Program-made: the position numbers and the translations under genes | Assembly (NCBI RefSeq): GCF_018350175.1 | Contig: NC_058368.1 | Coordinates: 13,828,001-13,892,000, forward strand | DNA: 64,000 nt | DNA from: Felis catus | Taxonomy: Eukaryota | Direction: 5' to 3' | The notes under the pieces: model-generated | The model's input: the letters and a program-made list of their open reading frames with translations, nothing else | The model's database searches: none | Told to the model about the DNA's origin: nothing | Shown here: piece after piece, positions 53,239-64,000 of the stretch | How positions within the stretch are numbered: position 1 is the first letter of the stretch | How the letters are laid out: each line of letters starts with the position of its first letter

Positions 53239-54575
53239 AAAGTTGAGAGCCATTGTTGTAGCTTTCCTGCCCAGAACAGAATGAGGTAAACTAGAAAGTA
53301 AGCTTAAGCATGGAGGGCCTTTGGTGCTAAGATAAGGACTCTGGGCTTCATTTTTTAGACTTTTTGAACAGAAGACATGGATGCATGTAGATGTTATTAT
53401 AATTAATACATTAAATAAATTAATAATAAATAATAAGTTAAAAATTCTGACCACACCAATCCATCCACAAAGTTGGAACTTTAGGACAATTACCATGTAC
53501 AGGATGGATTGGAGAAGAGTGAGTGTGGAGACAAGGAGAGCAGGTATGAAGTGAGTAGGTTCTCACTGAGGATGAAAAGAATGAGATACATGCTGGGTAT
53601 CTTGCCCAGGAAGAAGGGGCAGAGGTGCGACCAATCTGATGGTGAACATGCATGTGTGTGTGGTGCATTTGTATGTATGTTCAGGGGGATATTTTAGGGT
53701 ATATATGTGTGCATTATGGTTGCATGATGTCTAGTTCTTTCAAAAATCAAGAGTGCCTATTATTTCTATACCACTTATCTGATACATTTAATGTATTGAC
53801 ATGCTGATTAAATGGAAAATTTGAAATCATTCATTTCTACTAGTCTACTTTCTTACACGCAGTAGGCCCTCAAATATTTGTTGGCTGGTAAGCATCAACA
53901 TTTTAGCCATTCCAAATCTGTGTCAAATTCGTTAACAAGTATTGAATTTCTATTTTGCATCTGTGTTTTCTGCTCAGGAAAAAAGTTGGGGTGAGAAACG
54001 TAGAACTAACTAGTTGGAGGAAAGTGAAATTAAAATTTGGTGAAGAAATTATAAAAAGGCACCTAGCTAGTCTAAATGATTTCAAGTTCCCAAGGCAGGA
54101 CAAATTATATACATTGATCCTGAAAGAATCTGAAAACTAGATCATGTTTAACAACTCTCAGTGGTCTTTGAGGAGTCATAGAGAAGTGCTGGAGAATTAA
54201 AGTGTCAAAGGAGAGAAGGAGGAGATAAATTCTTGAAAAACCATAGCAGGTAGCTTAAGATTACTTGCAGGTGAGATTACAGAATGGTTCGTTCATTGGA
54301 AAAAGAAGCAGTAAGTCTTGTCATCACATTAAACACATTTTCTTGTTTACGTTGTGGTTAGCTTGTTATGTCGGAAACACTGATAATAATTCACACCTCT
54401 CTATAGTTTTTACTTTAATTTCACCCAGGCACAGAGACAATGCCTCCGGACTTCAAATAGCCACTTGTCAAGTTCCCTTATGATATTCTTCTGCACAAGT
54501 TAGAGAAATATAGGCTAGTTGTTAGCACAGGATGGTAGCTGTTTAATAGTTGAAGTGCTTATAAACAACTTAAAT

Positions 54576-54661
54576 CAGTGATTTCCAAACATCTTGGTTA
54601 TGACTTACAGTAAAAGATATTTTACATGTAAGCATACATGTATATACATATGTATAATGTG

Positions 54662-54692
<31 letters not shown>

Positions 54693-54815
54693 TAATAGAT
54701 GCACTTGATATTTTCCACTCTGTTTTCTATTCTATTTCATTAAACTGCTGGTTGCAACCTACTGAATCTATTTCAAGGCTCACTAATGGGTTGAGGCTTA
54801 CAGTTTGAAAACTGT
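54576..54815. mobile_element. hAT-Charlie-type relic with internal (TA)n
   Basis: CAGTGATTTCCAAAC ... AGTTTGAAAACTGTG imperfect terminal inverted repeats. Confidence 0.6.
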
Positions 54816-55352
54816 GAATTGATTTCAATCAGAATGTTTCTAGTGACTATAGAGCTGTTTTTATCCTGTTTAATCAAATATTTGGATGAAGATATAGAAG
54901 TGTTGTGCTCAAGTTTGCAGATAATATAATAGGAAGAAGACCATTTTTGTATGATATAAATAGGATTAAGAAATTCCCAGCAAATTAAATTTAAATGGAA
55001 AATTAAATAAAAAAGTGAATAAAATAAAAAAGGAATTAAATTAAATTTAAATATATATGTAAAATCCTGTACTCTATATTTCAAAATGGGGGGGGGGTTG
55101 TGTTACTGCTTAGCAGCAGCATGTCTAGAAACAAAACAAAACAATAACAGCAAAACAAAAAGCCTTGGTGTTTCAGTTGATAAGAATTTTAACATGAGAG
55201 GGGAATGGAACCAAAATTATTATATGCCAAACATCAATCATTAGTGTCATGTTGCTGTCAAACCCAGAATGAAACCAAATTAAACTGATATGGGGCTACA
55301 TTAACATGAGTTGTATTTCTAAAGGTTGAGGTTCAGGTGAGAGATATTCTCT

Positions 55353-55514
55353 GGGGGCTCTTGGGTGGCTTAGTGGGTTTAGTGTCTGCCTCTTGATTTT
55401 GGTTCAGGTCCCGATCTCACAGTGAGATCTATCCCCTCCTGGAGTTCTGCAGTGACAGCACTGAGCCTGCTTGGGATTCCCTCTCTCCCCGTCTCTCCCT
55501 TGCTTGTGCACGCG

Positions 55515-55553
<39 letters not shown>

Positions 55554-55614
55554 TCTCTCTCTCTCTCTCTCTCTCTCCCTGTCTTTCAAAATAAATAAAT
55601 AAACTTAAAAAAAA
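55353..55614 (+). mobile_element. Diverged Can-SINE containing (CG)6(CA)n(CT)n
   Basis: SINE head, CCTGCTTGGGATTC body, AATAAA/A tail. Confidence 0.9.
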
Positions 55615-56124
55615 AGAGTTACTCCCTGTCTAAACTTGGTCTAAACCTACTGGTCTAAACCTGCCTACCTGAACACTACACTTTTCAGATAAAATTTAGA
55701 AGAAAGCTAGAAACCTGTTCTTTAAAGAACAGGTCAAGGGAAATGGGACTATTTAGCCAGGAGAATTGCTGTTTTCACTCATTTATTTTTGAACACTTTT
55801 ATTAAATGTAAATTACAAGCCAGCCATGTTAGGTGCTGAAAACACAAAAATAACTACAACAATGTGTTTTCCCACAGCCAATGAATGAAAACATTATTTA
55901 TTGACACTTGCTACTACATTAATACTTCAAATGTATTAACTTCTTTCATCTTTTAATCCTATGAATCTCTAATTTGGATTTGATAAACTATGGCTTTGAA
56001 GAGAAGTCATTTACCAAAAATTATGCAGATAGTGGCTGAGGGAACTGGAATCCAAACCCAGGTTCTATTGCCCCCGGAGCATGTGTTCAACCACTATGCA
56101 ATATCACTTCTTGATATGTCATCT

Positions 56125-56200
56125 GTAACACTATATCCCTATATTGAACACCTGAAATTAATCGAACACTGCATGTTAATTATACTGGAATTAAAATTTT
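56125..56200 (+). mobile_element. Short carnivore L1 3' end
   Basis: ACACCTGAAATTAAT..ACACTGCATGTTAATTATACTGGAATTAAAA. Confidence 0.65.
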
Positions 56201-58654
56201 TAAAATTCTTTCTTAAAACTCAGCTTCATGGGCTTCTTTTCTTTGAAAAATCATCCTTTGGAAGCAGGGGTATGCATCTATTAAAGTAAAAATGTGTACA
56301 AAATTAATATTCACCACAAAATATTGTTTAATCTGGGGACTTAAAAAATGAATATTTTAGGTAGCTTCTATGCCAAAATATTGTTAGTTAATGTAAACAC
56401 TAAGCTATTTGTACATTTGCAGGGACATAGGCTTTGTAGGCTAAAAGGAAACAAACCTGCTGTCTTTTCTAAACTTTATGCTTTTGGGGATACTATTGAA
56501 AACATATAACTGTGCAATTATAAAGACCTGTATGTGGTTATAATTGGTTTTACATGTGTTTATAGGTCATTCAACACATATTGTGTCTGTATACTAAGGG
56601 TACAAGGACATATTTACTATATGCTGGCTGTTGAGTTCAAGTAATTTCATTGAATTCTTACTTCCCTATGGGATAGATATTCTTATCCCTGTTAGTGAAT
56701 GAGGAGACTTAGCTCAATAAATTGAGTAGGCTGAACAGGTAGCAAGTTGTGAGAAAGCTGCACTTTCCACAGTACCATACTGCCTTCAAGAAGCTAACAG
56801 TGTACTGGAGAACATTTTTTTAATAGGTAAGCTTTTTAAAATATTTCTTTTTAAGCTTTTTAAAATATTGGTACGTGTATGACAGTATCAGAGTTTTCCT
56901 ACTTTGAAAAAGTGACATCCTTTTTACCCACTCCCTATCTCCACTAAAGGAAAATGAACACATACAAATTGAACGAATAAGAAAAACAAAACCAAAGCAC
57001 ACACCCATACTGCTTAAGAAGCAATACAGAGAAAATTAAAGTGAAAATATTAACATGATGTTAAGCTATTCATTTGGAAAGGAAATAGAAAGTTCAGGTT
57101 GTCACTGTCTCTCAAAGCACTCATGCAAGAAGTCTAAAAATAGGAAGAGGTAGAACCTGCTGCCATATTTTCACACACGGCGGGGTGAAAAAAAGCCAGT
57201 GAGATGATCTTTCAGTCTGGATTTACATATTTAAGATACATCATTTTAGATTTACAAATGAAAATAGCACTTGCAAAAGTAGACAGCACTAAAAATGTTA
57301 TAGGTGGTTATATATGTTATAGGATTTTTAAATTATAGCATATCTAACTCATACTATTAAAAGTTATCGGTTTTGTAAGTTTTTCATAAAGTTTCAATCA
57401 TTTCAGCATTTTATAATTCAACTGTCATTTAATATAAATGGACATACCAATTACCACTTCTTTCAAAAGGGATTTTTTTTGCTTGATGATTTAATCAATT
57501 CAGTGCAAGTTTAAACAAATTCACACACAACTAAAAACTAATCCTAAGGGCCGGGTTTGAGGAGCTGTGTTATACACAACCTATAGTACTTTAGAATTTT
57601 ACCATGTTCCAATATCCTGAGAGTTAACTTGACTAGCTGTTCCGATTAAATGTAATAAAAAATCGGATTATGATAGATTTGTATATTGACTCTTCTTATT
57701 TGAGATAACAATTGGAATGACTTGAATATACCTCAAGATACCAAATATTTCTGGTGGCTTTATTGAAAAGGGCATACTTCATGAAATATTAAGGAAAATT
57801 ACATCCTTCATTTCAAAGAAGAAAACAGCAGTCATGCCTACTTAGTTTTAATTCAATAGTAGCAGCAAGATTACCATATATATTTTAATTTTCTTAAACT
57901 GACAGTAATATTTTTGTTTTTATATTTGTGCAGATACAGTAATCTACTTTTTTTCACAGATTAAGGCTGGCCGTGAGGATTCCCTACGTTTTTAGATCAT
58001 TTCAAAAACCTCTGAACTGTACACGACTAAGAAAAAGGGAAGTATCATTAGCTGGCATCGTACCTGAAGACTGCAAGGGATTTTCAAAATGTGGGGTTTG
58101 TAGTTCGCAGCAAACTACCCTTAGTGTCACACAGTGCAGCCTTTTTAGGCTGGTAGGCGAGTTCAAGGGCTGTTTGTTGTTGGGAGCTCCATCCAGAGCG
58201 GATCACTGTTTGACAAGTTCTATTTTAAGTCGTTCCTGTGTGTGCAGGTGTCAGCCTCTTTCATGGCTGTAGAGAAAGAACCATTACACTCCATCCGTAT
58301 CCTTCCCCGACAATGCAAGATCTTTCCCCACCGTGCGTTTGTTTCTGCTTTGCCAGCCACTTTTTATTAAGGAAATTCGGGGGTGGGGGGTGGTGGGGGG
58401 AGGCGGGAAATACTGCGAGGAAGGGCGAAGAGGGGCAGAAAGAGGTCGTCTGCCACTCCCCTACCTTACGAGGCACGTGGCACTGGCAGTGACAGCTGCT
58501 GGATGCAATGATGAAGGCGAAGATGATGAACCTCCTCTTAGCAAGAGGATATTGAGGGAAGGAGGAGGAGGCAGCGGAGGCAAGACACACACTCCCTGTG
58601 TCCTTCCTCAGCCGGAGAATCCACCCTCAAGGGAAAAAGTACGCGGAAGCCACT

Positions 58655-58890
58655 CTCCGCCCCGCCTCTACCAGCTCGCCCCGGGGTCTGGCAGCGGTCC
58701 CCATGCACCTGCTCACCTGTCTATCCGTTCAGGGTGGTTGGGGGAGGAACGAGGGGTGGCGGGGTGGGTGGGTGGAAAGAGAAGGAGGGCTGGGCAAAAG
58801 AGGGGGTGCTCCGAGGGCTCCGCCCCCGGAGGCTCTGCGCAGGCGCAGTGGCCGCTACCGCAGGCAGGGGGCGGCAACATGGCGGAGTGA
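58655..58890 (+). promoter_or_regulatory. TATA-less core promoter motifs: GC boxes, NRF1-like and YY1-like sites; TSS probably nearby
   Basis: CCGCCCCGCC near 58657, CCGCCCCC near 58820, TGCGCAGGCGCA at 58836-58847 (NRF1-type), CAACATGGCGG around 58875-58885 (YY1-type). CACGTG E-box further upstream at 58474-58479. Motif match only. Confidence 0.6.
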
Positions 58891-59391
58891 GCGGCAGCGT
58901 CGGGGCTTCACAACAACAGTGGCGCCCGTAGCGGCGGCAGCGGCAGCGTCAGTAGCGTCGGCCACAGCCTGAGCTTCCGCACCGGCCAGCGTGCTGGCCA
59001 GCCGCTCGCGCCCCGGAGCTTCTCGGAGCGGCGGCCGCATCTCCGCGGGGGGCGGGCCGGGCCGGACGGACCGGGAGGGGGAGAGAGAGGAGGCAGCGGC
59101 GGCGGCGGCGGCAGCCGCGGTCCAGCTGCTGGGCGGGCACTGCCGCTCGCCGGGCAGCGGTTAGCGGCGCAGCCACCGCCGGGAATAAGCCTGGGAATAA
59201 CCCGCCGCCTCCGCCGGGGAGGGCGCCGGAGCGGGCCGGGCGGACGCGCAGGCGGGAGCGGGCCCGGCGCCGCGGCGCTGGTGGATGCTGGGGCTCCGAG
59301 GCGACGGCCGGGGGGCGGGGGCCGAGGCAGGTATAACGGTACCGGCGGAGGCAGCGCCTCTGCTCTTCCCTTCTCCCCAGGAGGGGGGCAA

Positions 59392-59691
59392 ATGGCGAGC
59401 GAGAAGCCGGGCCCGGGCCCGGGGCTCGAGCCTCAGCCCGTGGGGCTCATCGCCGTCGGGGCCGGAGGCGGAGGCGGCGGGGGCGGCGGCGGGGGCGGCA
59501 GCGGCGGCGGGGGCAGCGGGATGGGGGAGCTGAGGGGGGCGTCCGGCTCCGGCTCGGTGGTGCTGCCCGCGGGGATGATTAACCCTTCCGTGCCGATCCG
59601 CAACATCCGGATGAAATTCGCAGTGTTGATTGGACTCATACAGGTCGGAGAGGTCAGCAACAGGGACATCGTGGAGACGGTGCTCAACCTG
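59392..59691 (+). CDS. NBEA: Neurobeachin, first coding exon (100 codons, phase-0 donor); rest of gene lies beyond the window
   Basis: Translates MASEKPGPGPGLEPQPVGLIAVGA-(Gly-rich)-MGELRGASGSGSVVLPAGMINPSVPIRNIRMKFAVLIGLIQVGEVSNRDIVETVLNL, which I recognise as the NBEA N-terminus. Ends at CTG|GTAAGG donor (GT at 59692) and lies inside a CpG island. Confidence 0.96.
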
Positions 59692-62600
59692 GTAAGGGAA
59701 AAGGCGTGCTCTCCATCTGCCTCCCAGCCCCCATAGCCTCCCCCCCCACACCCCCCCGCCCCCCCAGCCTCGCGCTCCCACACCTCCACCCATGGGGTCG
59801 CACACGCAGCGCGTCCCTGGGAGCACCGATCGTCGGGCGGGTATTGCCCAGCGGGTGACCTGCTTGCGCGCAGCCGTAGCCACGCCACCTCCCCGCTCTC
59901 CTCTGGTCCTCTCCTGCCACCTGAGTGCGGTGCCCAAGTTAGCACCGCTTACCATCACTTCTCCTATGAGTAGAAATCATTCCTTGTGCAGGGTTTGGGT
60001 CGACTTGAGAGTTTAGTTAGGGGGGAGAGGAGACCTCCCTGTTCTCCGGGGTTCTTTTTTCTACACTCTTAATTGTCCGTGGTGTCGCTCTCCGAGGATG
60101 AAAGCCTTGCCCCTAGAGCCTAATTTCCCCCGTGCTACTGAAATGTGAGAAGCGCATTAGCTCTAACTTGAGCAGCTGGGCTGTGATGTTTTCGAATGAG
60201 GGAAATGATGCAGTTTTGCATCTGCCTTTAAATATATTCAGAGGTTATGATGGAGAGTGTTGTAGCAGTATCTACCCCCCCCCCCCCGCGCCCCATCTCT
60301 TTTTAGGCAGCCTTCTTTCTTTGTAATATTGCCCTGAATATGCTGACCTGTTAGTCTCGTGTGTGTGTGTGTGTGTGTGTGTGTGCGCACAAGGTGTTAA
60401 AATGTGAGGGCACCAAATCATACAGGTTGGTTTCTATGGTTGCCTTCCGAGAGCGTGGCATGTGGATAAAGACCAAAGGAAAGGTGTTGGTTTGTTTCAT
60501 GATAAGAAAGAGTTACTGCAGAACTGTGTATGACTTAATGTTTTGCGCTATCTACGGAGAGCCTACGAAGCGTTCAAGATGTCAGGGGAAGAAATGGGAA
60601 GAAATAAAGAGAGGAGAATCATAAATTGCAGATAATTAAAGAGTAGTTCATTTTTAATGTTTTGCAAATGCAGTTTTTGCTGCAGCAAAGCTTTTAAAAA
60701 CAGTTTCCTCTGCAATATCTAGTCTTTGACACGTAAGGTAGGATTTTGGAAGACAAGGCTTAAATCGAGCGATCAGTTGACTATTGTATTTGGTGTGGAG
60801 TCACAGGAATATAAAAATATGCTTGCAGGGGGATTTTATAACACCCATGCAGTCTGATTTTTTAGCCAAGCAATTATTTTTATTTGATCTATTGGAAAAC
60901 TGAAAGAAAGCTGCAGCACTGGTGCCCTGAGACATGGATTAATGTCTGTGGTTTATGAACCTCTTAAATTCACAGAAAAGTTGAAGTCTTTTTTTTCCTT
61001 TCTTTTCTTTTTTTTTTTTTTTGCTAGTACATCAAATCAAAGATAGGAGAATATGTCTTTGTTACATTTATTACTGTTTAAATAGAATACACCGCTTTCT
61101 ACTTCTGTGTACCTTCAAATAAATCACCACAAAAGTCAATGTAAGTTTGGGGAAATGTCACCACGTTGATACAACCAAATTCTTTTCAAAACGGTAATAG
61201 AAATATTGTTTCTTGGGAGTTTTAATTTTAACTAGCTGCGAATAGGTCAGTAACTTGCCTTTTCTTAAAACAAGATGAAATCTCAAAACATGTTAGAATG
61301 TTAGCAGGTATTGTATTTTTAAAAATTTGAAAGAACACATTTAAATTCCTCCTCCCCCCCCCCCCCCCCCCGGTTTTCACCTAATCAGTATCATTTTTAT
61401 TTAGGTTATGTGGTATTGGGTTATTTTAATAAGTATTTCTATGCTTAATACATTTTGACATGGAAAGAGGCAATAGAGCTCTCACAAGCTGGAAACTGAT
61501 TGGAATGTGTAACCAGTTCAGACTCTGCAGCAGTAATGATGTATGCCAGATCAGTTCTTAACAGATGGGGTTCTATAGATATACAGTAGGTTAAGAAAGG
61601 AAGTGAAGCACTTCTTTTGAGATAAAGAAATTTAACTCTTGTACAGTGCAGTGAAAATCTGGCGTGAAGTTTCAGTATGCAAACATTATGTTAGAAATTA
61701 ACTTTACTGTTAAGCTTGATTAGAGTAATCAGAAATAAGGTAATACTGAAATGTTATGTCCCCAAATCCACATAAGACCTTGTAACTGCATTGATCTTGG
61801 CATAAAAAAGGTTAGGTTTAAAATTTCCTTGTACATATTTAAAGAATGCAAGAAGTCCTTAAATGGAAACTTCTGGGGAAAGGATGAAAGACAAAAGGAG
61901 TTATTTACTATTAAGTTGTTAATTATATTGATTGTGGAATTCACATTGGTTACTTGAAGGGTAATATTTCCTGAACGGTAAGTTTAGGGCTTTATCTTTC
62001 TAATATACTCATAATGAAAATGTCATCTGAAAATTTAAGCTGGTTCTGAAAATAATTTGGAATCATAGGCAGTTAAAAAATAATTATCAAAACTTAATTC
62101 TATTAATAAATCAGTAAAATCCATGTGGAGCATTAAATGACTAGTTAGAAGGTGGACGCTTGTAATATTATCTCTAAAATGAGTTTTTAAAATTTCCAAT
62201 CTTAATTTAAAACATTAAATAAAAAAATTAGGTGGAAATAGTGAAACCTCTATCACAGTGCCCTTTATGACAGAAAAGAAGGGAGGGGAACTAATGAAAC
62301 TTCAAAACAAAACAGTTTCTACCTTAAACAGTCTCAGTCACCTTTGCCAAAATATTTTTCTTTCTATTTTTCCTGTACATACATTTCTTATCTGTAGATA
62401 GTATGAGAATACTAATACTTGGTTTTCAGGTACTATTTCTCTCTTGCCTTCCCCAAAGAATTAAAAGTTTTGCTGAGTAAAGTTTAAGCATGCAGTGATA
62501 TATGGGACTTCTACACAGCCATGGTTGTACTTTTTCTGCTTTTGTTTGCCAAAGGTAGAGCTGCTTCCATTACTAAAGTGGATTGTGAGTTTGTTGAAGA

Positions 62601-64000
62601 ATCACCAATGTAATGAGAAATAAAATGAGTAATTTCTATTGTAGAGGAATGTATTTTGTATAATGATACTGTTAACTCAAAACATTAATATATAGCACTC
62701 CATATTTGTATTTATAGCATTAGGAAGATGACTAAATTAATTCATAAATAATGTTACAATGAGAATATATTGCCAAGGATTTTGTAATGTAGCTGTATCT
62801 GTGAAAGAAGATGATCATCAACAAACTTTGGATTTAGGAAGAATTATTTAATGTGGCAGTATAAGAGAGTCTAACTATAGATAAGGAAGGAATTTGGTTG
62901 TTGCAGTTACAAAACAGGCATACTGCTTAGTCCAATGCTTCCTTTGTAAACATCCTTAACATGTGTTTATATAAGGTTTTTCTTTCCTTGAAGTAAATGC
63001 TATGTAAATATTATGTGTTCTTTGTTTATAATAATGAAGTTTCTTTTAATCAAAGATTTTAATGTAAACATAGTTTTAGAAAAGATAAAATAGAGGGCTG
63101 ACATTTACTTAATGGAAGAATTCACAACAGGGTTTTTTGAATAGCTGTCTTAGGTAGTATAATTCTATAGCATTTAATTTGTAAAATTTTTTTTCACAAA
63201 TTACAGTGCAGTATCAGTGTATCTTTACTTGTAGAAAATAATTCCTCAAATAATTTTATTTTTTTACATGTAAATAGCATAGTGTATTGAAAGCAGCACT
63301 GGATACTTGGAGGGGATTTTGCATATGGATCATAGTATTTTAGTTAAAAGGGAATTTTTACGTTATTCTCTTGTACTTGCATGTGACAGTAACTTTCTTA
63401 GAGGTTTTTCATTTGTAGCTTGATAATCAGAATCATTTTCACTTTAAAGATACTTAGAATTTCACAAACGAAAGGTATGTTCTGCATTTGAACCAAATTT
63501 ATTTAAAAAATATGTAGTTGCGTCTTAGAATCATGGAAGTCCTTAATATCAACAAAACCACATTTACTTGTATTAAAAGGGAATTTTTTGCATTTTAATT
63601 TATGTTGCCATGTAAGCTTTTTCATATTAACTTGAATTATATTTTATTTTTGCTATTGGGTATTGGAAGTTAAATTAAGAATGCATTGGTAACATTGGAA
63701 TTTGCCATTTCTAGAGTTCTGAGATTTTCCACAGAAAGATTAATTTAGCAATGTAATGACACTAAAGCAGTCTTGATGAGCACTGAGCAATGTATAGAAT
63801 TGTTGAATCATTATATTGAACACTTAAAACTAATGTAACACTGTATGTTAATTATTCTTGAATAAAAAACAAGACCTTAAACAGCAAATACTTTATAGCC
63901 AGGTTATGATCAAGGTATATTAATTTTAAATAAGTATTTTGTATATTGCTAGTCAGTTTTTGGCAAATACTGTGCTGTTAAATAAATAAATGTATCTCAA
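59692..64000 (+). other. NBEA: NBEA intron 1 (partial)
   Basis: Begins with GTAAGG donor; AT-rich; no recognisable continuation of NBEA coding sequence in the window. Confidence 0.85.
63774..63870 (+). mobile_element. Short carnivore L1 3' end in intron 1
   Basis: GATGAGCACTGAGCAATGTATAGAATTGTTGAATCA..AACTAATGTAACACTGTATGTTAATTAT. Confidence 0.8.

Larger units (their letters stand above)
54040..55770 (+). mobile_element. Ancient CR1/L3 LINE relic, interrupted by a hAT relic and a SINE
   Basis: Residual translation HLASLNDFKFPRQDKLYTLILKE resembles the CR1 ORF2 motif KSPGPDxxHPRVLKEL; ATTTGGATGAAGATATAGAAG..CAAGTTTGCAGATAA resembles the RT FADD region. Confidence 0.65.
58640..60100. promoter_or_regulatory. 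NBEA: CpG island covering NBEA promoter, 5' leader, exon 1 and start of intron 1
   Basis: Abrupt shift to very high GC and dense CpG against an AT-rich, CpG-depleted background; boundaries approximate. Confidence 0.93.

Noticed and set aside
1302..55614. tRNA-like A/B boxes (GGTGGCTCAG, GGTTCGAG)
   Set aside because: They are SINE heads followed by SINE body and tail, not tRNA genes
58333..58890. 185-aa plus-strand ORF through the promoter
   Set aside because: Non-ATG start, no recognisable homology, overlaps promoter motifs; only its last codons (MAE-stop) are of interest
59161..59958. 265-aa and 170-aa antisense ORFs over exon 1
   Set aside because: Expected by-product of stop-poor GC-rich sequence opposite a real exon; low complexity, no recognisable domain
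1..64000. CRISPR arrays, operons or other prokaryote-type systems
   Set aside because: Sequence is mammalian; no regularly spaced repeat-spacer array or gene-dense region seen

Overview
Mammalian (felid, judged from 22 carnivore tRNA-derived SINEs of the feline SINEC_Fc type) genomic window. About 58 kb is repeat-rich intergenic DNA (Can-SINEs, L1 fragments, L2, MIR, CR1/L3, MaLR/ERVL/ERV1 LTRs, hAT relics, microsatellites). It is followed by the CpG-island promoter, the first coding exon (59392-59691, 100 codons) and the start of intron 1 of neurobeachin (NBEA) on the + strand. Almost all other ORFs in the track are chance or repeat-derived. I found no evidence of a novel multi-gene system. 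The main unexplained structure is a 217-bp, 216/217-identical inverted duplication (18896-19112 vs 20286-20502) of otherwise ancient decayed sequence. The NBEA leader is also unusual: a strong-context AUG-GCG-GAG-UGA in frame with NBEA followed by 167 stop-free codons, an overlapping out-of-frame uORF, and an acceptor-like site 11 nt before the ATG. Repeat family names come from recalled consensus motifs, not from a database search.
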